From a virus (lineage: Duplodnaviria; Caudoviricetes): 64,000 nt of DNA. The stretch is from IMG/VR virus record IMGVR_UViG_3300013121_000039, positions 1-64,000 of that record; one strand, given 5' to 3'. The notes below the pieces were generated by a model. That model did no database searches and was not told the DNA's origin. It saw only the letters and a list, made by a program, of their open reading frames with translations. Shown piece after piece: positions 37,775 through 45,545 of the stretch. Within the stretch, counting starts at the first letter, position 1, and every line of letters starts with the position of its first letter. The position numbers were made by a program, and so were the translations under genes.

Positions 37775-38092
37775 ATGCAGCCTGACCAGTCCACCGGCGC
37801 TCCGTCCAGCGCCAAGACCTTCAACATCACCTGCAACGCCGAGGAGCTCGTCGGCATCGCCAAGGGCGCCGCCATCGCGGGCGACGTCAAGACCGTGAGC
37901 CGCGCCGAGGAGCTGCTCGGCCAGAAGGTGGAGGTCGGCTTCTTCGACCGCCACCCCATGACCACTGGCGTGGCCATCGGCGTCGTCGCCGGCGCGGCCG
38001 TCGCCGGCGGCACCATCCTCGGCGTGCAGGCCTACAAGCGGCGCCAGGCCGCCAAGCTCCAGGCTCCCAGCCGGCTGCGCCGGGTGGGCTAG
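37775..38092 (+). CDS. Small membrane protein (C-terminal TM helix plus basic tail)
   Basis: GGAGG RBS; GVAIGVVAGAAVAGGTILGV then YKRR. Confidence 0.75.
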   Translation: MQPDQSTGAPSSAKTFNITCNAEELVGIAKGAAIAGDVKTVSRAEELLGQKVEVGFFDRHPMTTGVAIGVVAGAAVAGGTILGVQAYKRRQAAKLQAPSRLRRVG

Positions 38093-38192
38093 TAGGATTG
38101 GGCACTCGGCGTAGTAGACCTGCGAGGACGCTCGCCACGACGTGGACAGACAACCCACGCCGTCCCAGAAGCCGAGTGGCGCGAGGGAGCGC

Positions 38193-38236
38193 GCGGAGTC
38201 GGGACTCACCCCCCGACTCCGCCCCGCTTTCTTAGC
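38193..38236 (+). terminator. Hairpin + TTCTTAGC terminator
   Basis: 11-bp stem GCGGAGTCGGG/CCCGACTCCGC, then CTTTCTTAGC. Confidence 0.65.
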
Positions 38237-40031
38237 CATCTTCCGGCGCAGCGTACCCGGTCTTCTGGGTCGGGTTCATCACGTCGTAGCGCGGGTGCCT
38301 GATCATGGAGGCCAGGAAGCAGAGCAGGATGGAGTGGTAGGAGTCGTCCGTGGCATCAGGCGCATGCTTGTACTGCACCTGCCTCTGGACCTCGTTGTAC
38401 TCCGAGAAGATGGAGAGCATGTCCTTCGCGAAAGGGTCCTCGAACTGGGGCCAGTTCGGGAAGCGGAGCACGTCCCGGCGCTTGATGGCGTTGAAGATGT
38501 CGCTCATCACCTCGGTGCGGTGAACGAGGAAGCGCTGGAGCCCCTCCTCCCACTTCACCTTCTGGCCAGGCTGGCTGTACTGGTACTTCACGAGGCGCTG
38601 CTTGCCGAAGATGCGGGCCAGGGCGTCGTTGCGGTCGAAGCCGCCGCCGTAGTCACAGCCCACCAGCTTGACGTCCCAGTACCGGATGAGCTTCTCGATG
38701 AGGTCCAGCTGGATGGGGGGCTCGATCTCCTGCCCCTCGAACCGGTGGATGTAGAAGATGGTGAAGAAGCCGTGCATGTAGGCGCCGAGGGAGAGGACGG
38801 TGTAGCTGCCCTCGCCGGTGCCCCAGTCGATGCCGGCGTAGACGGGGGAGCTGCCGCCCAGGAACCCCTTCAGCTTCACCAGGCTCTCGGAGTCCATCGA
38901 CAGGCTGTCGAGGCAGTTGTCCATCACGTCCTGGCGCGTGAGGGGTCGGGTGCCGGAGTCGTACGAGAGGCCGAGCACCTCGTTGTAGAACTGGCTCCGC
39001 GGGTACTTGATGTACTTGTCGAAGATCTCGCCCCAGTTCAGCCAGGGCACCATGAGCTGCGGGATCCGGTAGCCCTCGTACCAGTCCTTCAGCTTGTCCT
39101 TCACCCCGGGATTCATGGTGACCCACTGGGCCATGGGGTGCCGAGGGTCGATCCGCTCGCCGCACTTGTCGCAGACGAGGCCCTCCTTCGAGATGTGGGC
39201 CTCCCCCAGGATGTTCCAGTGCCAGCTGCTGGGGTTGTTCGGAGTGCCGTGCCGATCGCAGGGGACCGCCCACTCGTTCTGGGTCGAGTAGTTGGTCCAG
39301 TAGTGCTCGATGGCGTTGTCGTAGCTCTTCGGCGTGCCGGAGTAGATGAAGAGCTTGTAGTGGGAGTGTGAGGCGCACTCCTCGATGACGGGGATGTTGT
39401 CGGTGATGATGTCCTGGATCTCGTCGAGGAGGACGAGGTCCGCAGGGATGCCGCGAGTACGATCGGCGTTGTGGTAGGCGTACCGCAGCGTGATCTGGCT
39501 GCGGTTGATGAACTTCTTGAGGAAGACGTTGTCCGAGAGCTTCGAGGTCGTCCAGGCCTTCAGGATCTCCGACGTCTCGATGGGCTCCTTGAGCCGGTCG
39601 GCGGAGAAGGTCTTCGTCTGCTGGTTGGTCGGGGAGACGTAGAGGACGTTGAAGGCGTTGATGATGCAGCAGTAGGCCAGCGTCTTGTTGCCGAGGAGCG
39701 TCGACTTCTCCACCTGCCGGCCACACTTGTAGAGGGTGCGGCGGGAGGGGGTATCGTAGGGGAGGCGGAGGTACTCACGCTTCTTGAAGCTGAAGTTGAT
39801 GTGCTTCTGAAGCTCCTTGTCCGGGAGCTTCACGGCGAACTCGACGAACTGGGAGGGGGAGACGTTGATGAGCTCGGCCTGCTTGCGGGCCAGCTCGTCG
39901 TCGCTCATGAACTCGTCGGTGATCTCCGGCTCGTAGTCCCACTCCTCCCGCAGCTCGGGCTGCCCGCTCTCAGAAACGATGATGTTGGAGGTCTCCCGCC
40001 TCCATCGGCCGTAGTCGAGCACACTCTGCAT
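38232..40031 (-). CDS. terL: Terminase large subunit (GpA-like)
   Basis: Walker A KCGRQVEKST, Walker B RGIPADLVLLDEIQD, SGTPK coupling motif, Zn pair CDRH..CDKC, nuclease YAGIDWG..DDSYHS. Exact start uncertain. Confidence 0.9.
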   Translation of the reverse strand: MQSVLDYGRWRRETSNIIVSESGQPELREEWDYEPEITDEFMSDDELARKQAELINVSPSQFVEFAVKLPDKELQKHINFSFKKREYLRLPYDTPSRRTLYKCGRQVEKSTLLGNKTLAYCCIINAFNVLYVSPTNQQTKTFSADRLKEPIETSEILKAWTTSKLSDNVFLKKFINRSQITLRYAYHNADRTRGIPADLVLLDEIQDIITDNIPVIEECASHSHYKLFIYSGTPKSYDNAIEHYWTNYSTQNEWAVPCDRHGTPNNPSSWHWNILGEAHISKEGLVCDKCGERIDPRHPMAQWVTMNPGVKDKLKDWYEGYRIPQLMVPWLNWGEIFDKYIKYPRSQFYNEVLGLSYDSGTRPLTRQDVMDNCLDSLSMDSESLVKLKGFLGGSSPVYAGIDWGTGEGSYTVLSLGAYMHGFFTIFYIHRFEGQEIEPPIQLDLIEKLIRYWDVKLVGCDYGGGFDRNDALARIFGKQRLVKYQYSQPGQKVKWEEGLQRFLVHRTEVMSDIFNAIKRRDVLRFPNWPQFEDPFAKDMLSIFSEYNEVQRQVQYKHAPDATDDSYHSILLCFLASMIRHPRYDVMNPTQKTGYAAPEDG

Positions 40032-40048
40032 GCGGTAGAACCCTCTCG

Positions 40049-40375
40049 ATGAGACCGCCCGGACTGGCCTGGTTGACTTCCTTCTGCGACTCCATCGGCA
40101 CCGCGATGGGGCAGACCATCGTCTCAGACGTCAAGAACAGCGTCAATCCACTCGTGTACACCACCTCGGTGTCCTGGCGCGACCCGGTGAAGATGGACTC
40201 GGCCGTTCAGGTCTGGAACCTCTTCCAGAAGTGGGCCGCCGCGAACCGCTGCACCCCCTCTGGTCGCGTGACCTTCCAGCAGTTCGAGAAGCTGGGGGCG
40301 ACCCTGGTTCTCGGGCTGTCGGTCGAGGTGCACCTGCGTGAGAGGCTTGGACATCCGCAAGATCGTCACCCCTAG
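40049..40375 (+). CDS. Hypothetical protein
   Basis: 108-aa ORF with plausible codon usage, divergent from the terminase. Confidence 0.55.
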   Translation: MRPPGLAWLTSFCDSIGTAMGQTIVSDVKNSVNPLVYTTSVSWRDPVKMDSAVQVWNLFQKWAAANRCTPSGRVTFQQFEKLGATLVLGLSVEVHLRERLGHPQDRHP

Positions 40376-40392
40376 CTGCCATAAGGAAAGCA
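40357..40392 (+). promoter_or_regulatory. Putative phage-RNAP promoter (GCAAG...GCCATAAGGAAAG)
   Basis: ATAAG at 40381, intergenic, upstream of the Zn-finger and RNase H genes. Confidence 0.45.
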
Positions 40393-40409
40393 GAAAGGGG
40401 TTTCTAGCC

Positions 40410-40607
40410 ATGAGAACGTTCAATGCAACGCCCGGGCACATCTGCAAGCTGTGCGACAAGGCCTTCGTGGAAGGGGAGCAGGTCGTCCTCATCTCCATCG
40501 GCCCATCCGACGCTGAAGAGGCTGAGAAGAAGGCGGCCGGGAAGGCCTACACCAGTGAGGCGGTCGTCTCCCATGTCGAGCACATCCGAGAATTCCTGCT
40601 CGGCTAA
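40410..40607 (+). CDS. Small zinc-finger-like protein (65 aa)
   Basis: ICKLCDKAFVEGEQVVL...SHVEH. Confidence 0.6.
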   Translation: MRTFNATPGHICKLCDKAFVEGEQVVLISIGPSDAEEAEKKAAGKAYTSEAVVSHVEHIREFLLG

Positions 40608-41244
40608 GAACGGCCTCATCGCGGGGCTTGACGAGGTGGGCTGGGGCGCTGGGGCCGGGCCCATCGTCTCGGTGGTAGCAGTCCTCTCTGCCGCCGACCT
40701 ACTCCTCTTGCCGAAAGGGGTCACGGACTCGAAGAAGCTGTCCCCTGCCAGGCGGGAGTCGTTCTTCGAGCACATCTGCGCAGCCTGCACCGACATCGGG
40801 ATCGGGGCCGTGGATGCCTGGGAGATCGACGCCATCAGCCCCAAGCGAGCTCTCCAGACGAGCTACAAGCGCGCCATCGAAGAGCTGCGCGTCGTGCCAG
40901 AGCTCCTCATCGTGGACGGTACGGAGTGGAACAACAAGGTCCTCGCCTGGCCCAACAAGCAGCTCATCGAGCCGAAAGCCGACCTGAAACACAAGCAGGT
41001 CTCCGTCGCCAGCATCATCGCCAAGGTGGTGCGAGACACGGTGATGAGCGAGCGGGCGGCCAAGTTCCGTCGGCTGGGGCTGCCCGATTACAACTGGGCG
41101 AAGAACAAGGGCTACCTGACCCCGGACCATCTACGTGAGATCGAGCAGCACGGTCTGTTGTTCGGGCCGGCGCAGGAGCTCTACCACCACCGACGCAGCT
41201 ACTGCCGGAACCTCCTCGGGAAGGTGCCCATCCGCACCTTCTGA
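40573..41244 (+). CDS. rnhB: Ribonuclease HII
   Basis: IAGLDEVGWG..AGP, DSKKLS, LIVDG, KAD..VASIIAKVVRD, NKGY, HRRSY. Start likely ATG 40573. Confidence 0.92.
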   Translation: MSSTSENSCSAKNGLIAGLDEVGWGAGAGPIVSVVAVLSAADLLLLPKGVTDSKKLSPARRESFFEHICAACTDIGIGAVDAWEIDAISPKRALQTSYKRAIEELRVVPELLIVDGTEWNNKVLAWPNKQLIEPKADLKHKQVSVASIIAKVVRDTVMSERAAKFRRLGLPDYNWAKNKGYLTPDHLREIEQHGLLFGPAQELYHHRRSYCRNLLGKVPIRTF

Positions 41245-41247
41245 GGG

Positions 41248-41271
41248 GAAGAGGCTCCGCCTCTTCTTAGC
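41248..41271 (+). terminator. Hairpin + TTCTTAGC terminator
   Basis: GAAGAGGC-TCC-GCCTCTTC then TTAGC, between convergent genes. Confidence 0.6.
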
Positions 41272-41736
41272 TCACTTCCCGCCGAGCTGGTGGTGCAGGT
41301 CGGTGACCGCCTTCACAGCGAGGTCGAACCAGAACTGCTTGCGGCCCACGCCGGCCGCCTTGGCGTACCAGGAGCCGAGGTCCCGCTGCTCCGAGATCTC
41401 GGTGAGGCCGAAGTGGTGGGTGAGGACTGCCCGCAGGACCGGGCCGAAGCCGGTCGGGAACGGGGGCCTGGGCTTGCCATCCCTGTCGGCCTGGTGGAGC
41501 CCCCAGGGCCAGAAGTGGAAGATGAGGTCCCCGTCCTTCACGCCGAACTCCCCCTCGAAGATGCCCGGGCTGCGGACCTCTTGGAAGTGGACGGGCTTGA
41601 TCGGACGGTCCCCGGCGTTCGCCTCCTGCCGGATGATCGGCAGGCTGCCGGCCTTCACCTCGTCGAGGAGCGCCTCGCGCTCGGTCGTGACGGTGAGCTT
41701 CTTCCGCTCCTTGTGGCTCTGCTCGACCCAGCTCAT
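41272..41736 (-). CDS. Hypothetical protein
   Basis: ATGA-coupled terminal gene of the operon. Confidence 0.7.
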   Translation of the reverse strand: MSWVEQSHKERKKLTVTTEREALLDEVKAGSLPIIRQEANAGDRPIKPVHFQEVRSPGIFEGEFGVKDGDLIFHFWPWGLHQADRDGKPRPPFPTGFGPVLRAVLTHHFGLTEISEQRDLGSWYAKAAGVGRKQFWFDLAVKAVTDLHHQLGGK

Positions 41737-42641
41737 GAGGCGTTGTCCTTGTGTGGGTTGTAGGAGTGGAAGACATAGTCCTTCTTCCCGAACTTCGCAT
41801 CCGGGTCGATGGTCTTCACCTTCCGCAGGTCAGCCTCCACCCGACGGTGGAGCTCGGTGGAGGCTGAGCCCTTCCGGTGCCAGGTGCGCGGCATGACGAT
41901 GACCTCGGTCCGCTTGGACCCCACGCCCTTGCGGGGATGGGCCATCTCGGCCTTCACCCGCTTCTGGGCCTGGTGGTCGATGGTCTTGGTCAGGTCCTTG
42001 ACCTTGGCGCGGCCCTTCTGCCACTTGATCTTGACGTACTTCTTGCGGCCCTGGTGCAGGCCGGCTGCCGTGGCGAGGGCCAGGGAGCCGGCGAGGATCT
42101 TGCCCTTGTGCTTCTGCCAGACGGAGTCGCTGGGGCGATCCCAGCCGTCGTCCTTCTTGGCCGCGGTCTTCGCCTGCTGGTAGATGGGCGTGTTCTTCCG
42201 GTAGATGTGCGAGAGGCGGTGGAACTTCTCCTTGGTCTTCGGGTCCTGCTTGCCGAAGTCCTTCACGTCGAAGCCGACGCGCTTGGCCGCCCGCTCGGCC
42301 GCCCCCATGTCCCGCTTGGCGCGATGGTAGATGTGCCCGCCGGCCAGGCCGACAGCCCCGCCGACTGCCCCACCCTTGAGCGCACCCTTCGTGCGCTCCC
42401 CCTTCTCCGCCGTGACGGCCCCGATGGCGGCTCCGGGCAGGGCGCCCATGGCGAAGTGCTTCACCGCGGGGTGGGTGACGTACGGCTTCACCGCATCCAC
42501 GACACTGGCCTTCTTGGAGAGCCGCTTCCCGACCTTCTCGAAGAAGACGGAGGCCTCCTTGGCCATCTCCTGCTGCATCGCGATCTTGTCGAGCTCGTCG
42601 TAGAACCCGTTCAGCATGGCGTGGTGCTCCTTGGGAGTCAT
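41733..42641 (-). CDS. FxDELxKIA-tagged basic glycine-zipper protein
   Basis: MLNGFYDELDKIA..AKEAS..KKAS; GALPGAAIGA and GGAVGGAVGLAGG. Confidence 0.8.
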   Translation of the reverse strand: MTPKEHHAMLNGFYDELDKIAMQQEMAKEASVFFEKVGKRLSKKASVVDAVKPYVTHPAVKHFAMGALPGAAIGAVTAEKGERTKGALKGGAVGGAVGLAGGHIYHRAKRDMGAAERAAKRVGFDVKDFGKQDPKTKEKFHRLSHIYRKNTPIYQQAKTAAKKDDGWDRPSDSVWQKHKGKILAGSLALATAAGLHQGRKKYVKIKWQKGRAKVKDLTKTIDHQAQKRVKAEMAHPRKGVGSKRTEVIVMPRTWHRKGSASTELHRRVEADLRKVKTIDPDAKFGKKDYVFHSYNPHKDNAS

Positions 42642-43261
42642 GACTTGGCCTCCAGCGCGGTGACCGGCTTCATGACGGGGGCCTGCATGATCTCCGACGG
42701 CCGGGTTGATTGGCGCGCAGCGAGTGAGAACTTGCGACGAGGGTAGGCGTTGGCCACCAGGGCCGAGCAGATGTGGGCCTTGGCCTCTTCCGGCTTCCTG
42801 CCCTCCCTCCGACCGCGGAAGGGCATGGCGGCGAGGAGCAGCTTGGCCTTGCTGTACGGGGTGCCCTCAGACGAGAGGGCGTACCTCACAGCCGCCTTCC
42901 GCTCCTCCCTCGTGACTTTCGGCCGGAAGGCGACGATGTTGTTCTTCCGAGCCACCGCGTTCAGGGTCCGAGTGCGTGTGCCTTCCCCGATGCGCGCCTC
43001 CACGACCTGCCCCTTCCCGACGTAGATGGAGGAGTGGCCGTAGTCGGTCCTCTGGACGAGCTTGGAGATCGGCTTGAAGACGTACTTCCCGAAGCGGCTC
43101 TTCATCCTGGAGCGGATGGGGGCCGTGAAGAGCACGTCCCCTGGCTTCAGCTTCTGCTCCAGCGCATCGACGTGCGGCACGGCAGCGGACTGAGCCGCCT
43201 CGACCTTCGCGGCCTCGGCGATCTTCGTCAGCTCGTCGATGAAGCTGGGCATCCAGGACAC
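42638..43261 (-). CDS. Tagged permuted papain-like NlpC/P60 (YiiX/YaeF-type) amidase
   Basis: PSFIDELTKIA, then LKPGDVLF, YGHSSIY (His), FRP, GTPYS, ICSALV (Cys). Confidence 0.85.
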   Translation of the reverse strand: MSWMPSFIDELTKIAEAAKVEAAQSAAVPHVDALEQKLKPGDVLFTAPIRSRMKSRFGKYVFKPISKLVQRTDYGHSSIYVGKGQVVEARIGEGTRTRTLNAVARKNNIVAFRPKVTREERKAAVRYALSSEGTPYSKAKLLLAAMPFRGRREGRKPEEAKAHICSALVANAYPRRKFSLAARQSTRPSEIMQAPVMKPVTALEAKS

Positions 43262-43268
43262 AGGCGCC

Positions 43269-44141
43269 TCAGTTCTTCAGCTTGGTGGCGGCCTTCTCCT
43301 TCTCGGAGAGGCCCCCGCCAGTGAAGTTGCCGAGCGGGGCGAGGGTGCGGATGTCTGGCGGCAGGGCCTGTGGGTGCTCCATGCGGAAGCGCTCGAACTG
43401 CTTGAGCACGTCCTTGAGGGCCATGTCGGAGGTGGAGAGCGCCTCGTGGCACTCGACCACGGCCTTGTTGAGCACCGCGATGGCCTTCACCTTGTCCGGC
43501 GACGTGCCGGGCTTCAGGCTGACCTCCTCCAGCGTGTGGTAGGCGATCTCCTGCGCCCGCTGGATCATCACCTTCGACTCGATGTTCTGCTCGATGCGCA
43601 GGTGGAAGAGGGCGATGCGGGGATCGTTGGCCTGGAGCAGTGCCATGTGCCGCTCGTAGAGCGCGGCCCGGCCGAAGAGGAACTTCCCCCACTCATCGAA
43701 GGTGAGGAGCTTGGTGTTCCAGAAGTAGTGCCGGAAGGTGGTGACCGCGTCCTCGGAGAGGAACCAGCCCATCTTCCGGTTGATGCGCTGGCAGGCCATC
43801 TTGAGGTCGAGTCGGGAGAGGATGATCTGCTCGACCACGAGACGCTGCTCGGGGTTGGCGAGGATGTCCCATGCGTCCTGCATGTTCTGGGAGTGCCGGA
43901 ACATCTCGTAGATGCCGAGCTTTCGCAGGTAGACCACCGATGGACGATGCGTCAGGTCGTAGGGGTCGAAGCCTGTCGGGGGCTGCGGGATCGTCTGCCT
44001 CAGGAACTGGAAGTAGGTCTTGTCCCACTCCGGAGGCGGAAGGATGCCCCAGTCACGAAGGCGCTTCTCGACGACAGCGTCCGTGGCCTGAGGGTCACGG
44101 ACGATGAGGAAGGTGATGAACTTCTCGGCCGGGTGGTGCAC
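43269..44141 (-). CDS. Hypothetical helical protein
   Basis: 290-aa ORF in the operon, good codon bias. Confidence 0.7.
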   Translation of the reverse strand: MHHPAEKFITFLIVRDPQATDAVVEKRLRDWGILPPPEWDKTYFQFLRQTIPQPPTGFDPYDLTHRPSVVYLRKLGIYEMFRHSQNMQDAWDILANPEQRLVVEQIILSRLDLKMACQRINRKMGWFLSEDAVTTFRHYFWNTKLLTFDEWGKFLFGRAALYERHMALLQANDPRIALFHLRIEQNIESKVMIQRAQEIAYHTLEEVSLKPGTSPDKVKAIAVLNKAVVECHEALSTSDMALKDVLKQFERFRMEHPQALPPDIRTLAPLGNFTGGGLSEKEKAATKLKN

Positions 44142-44144
44142 GGG

Positions 44145-45545
44145 CTAGCCCCCGATGCTCATGAGCTCGGAGATGAAGCCGGAGACCATGGCCTTCTTCG
44201 CCTTGGAGTTGAAGAAGCGCCTCACGCCCTTGGGAACCCTCTCCTGCCGTGCCTTGAGGTCGGCGTTGTGCAGGTGGGATCCGATGTCGACGTTGATGGG
44301 CGGCATCTCGAATTCGAGCGGCGGGGGCGGGCCCTTGGCGCCACCCTTCACCCAGTCACTCGTGGCCTTCTTGCGTGCCGCCTGACGGGCATCGTAGGCA
44401 GCCCTCGCCTTCGCATGATCTGCTGCCCTGTCCTTGACGACGGCGGCCGCACGCCGGAAGTTCTTCCCGCTCTCCCACCGCCCAGTCTTCGCGGCCTCGT
44501 GGCCGAGGTTCCCGAAGACTGCCCCAGCGGCCGCCATGGGGAGTGCGGTACTGGCAGCGCCCTTGAGGGCGTTCTTGAGCCGGGTCTCCTTCTTCGCCTT
44601 GTCGGGCTCGGAGATCGCGCCACCGAGAGCGCCGACGGCCCCGCCGGATGCCCCACCGGCCAGGGCGCCGTGCAGCGTGTGGTTGGTCAGGGCATGGTAC
44701 TTCAGCCGCCGAGGCCGGAGGTTCTTCTTGGCCCAGCTCCAGCCCTTCTTCGCCGCGGCAGGCGCCTCATCCGAGACGAACGTCGAGAGAGCGGTCGAGG
44801 GGGCCGAGAGCTTGGAGAAGTGGTCCGAGTCCGAGTACTGCTTCCACTCGGCGGAGAGCTCCTGGAACTTCTTGTGCCGCTTCGCCTTCGTCACCGCATC
44901 CTGGGCGGTGTCCGGGTGGGTCTTCATCGCCAGGTCCCGGTACCTCTTCTTGGCCTCGGCCTTCGTCGAGACCCCGGAGAGCCAGCCCGGGACGGAGCCG
45001 CCGACGGACTTGAAGCCCCGTCCGGTCGCCTGCGCCTTCCCCTTCTCTCGGACGTGCTTGAGCAGGCCGGCCGTACTGTGGGCGAGACCCAGCCCGCTCC
45101 CACCGAAGGCGCCGCTGGCAGCACCCGACAGAGCTGCCCCGAGTCGGGAAGCCTTGGGCCCGTGCTTGTTGGGCCACAGCCCCTTGGCCTTCCGCTCGTT
45201 CTGCCGCTTCGCGGAACGGTCACCACCCACGGCTCCCAGAGCGGCACCACCGGCGGTCATGAGCGCCGCGTTTCGGTAGAGCTTCGGGTTCTTGACCGCC
45301 TTGGAGAACGTCCGCGCCGTGGATAGGTTGGACCCCGTCATGGCGCCCAGCACGCCTCCACTCAGCGCGCCGAAGACCGGCCCCGGGTTCTCCTTGCGCT
45401 CCTTCGGCGTCATCTTCTTGCGCGCCCGGTGCGAGGCGTAGCCGCCGGCGGTGGCGCCCAGCAGCGCTCCACCGCCGATGTGGGCGGCGGTGTCCGGGTG
45501 GGACCGGATCAGGTACTTCAGGGTGTTCCAGTCGTAGGAAGGCAT
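44145..45545 (-). CDS. Glycine-zipper protein with J-domain (HPD) and C-terminal tag
   Basis: KAEAKKRYRDLAMKTHPDT..KKFQEL; several GxxxG hairpins; ends AMVSGFISELMSIGG. Confidence 0.8.
   Translation of the reverse strand: MPSYDWNTLKYLIRSHPDTAAHIGGGALLGATAGGYASHRARKKMTPKERKENPGPVFGALSGGVLGAMTGSNLSTARTFSKAVKNPKLYRNAALMTAGGAALGAVGGDRSAKRQNERKAKGLWPNKHGPKASRLGAALSGAASGAFGGSGLGLAHSTAGLLKHVREKGKAQATGRGFKSVGGSVPGWLSGVSTKAEAKKRYRDLAMKTHPDTAQDAVTKAKRHKKFQELSAEWKQYSDSDHFSKLSAPSTALSTFVSDEAPAAAKKGWSWAKKNLRPRRLKYHALTNHTLHGALAGGASGGAVGALGGAISEPDKAKKETRLKNALKGAASTALPMAAAGAVFGNLGHEAAKTGRWESGKNFRRAAAVVKDRAADHAKARAAYDARQAARKKATSDWVKGGAKGPPPPLEFEMPPINVDIGSHLHNADLKARQERVPKGVRRFFNSKAKKAMVSGFISELMSIGG

Noticed and set aside
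38096-38195. Hammerhead ribozyme or tRNA
   Set aside because: Lacks the CUGANGA/GAAA core and the tRNA T-loop/cloverleaf. Kept only as an unclassified structure.
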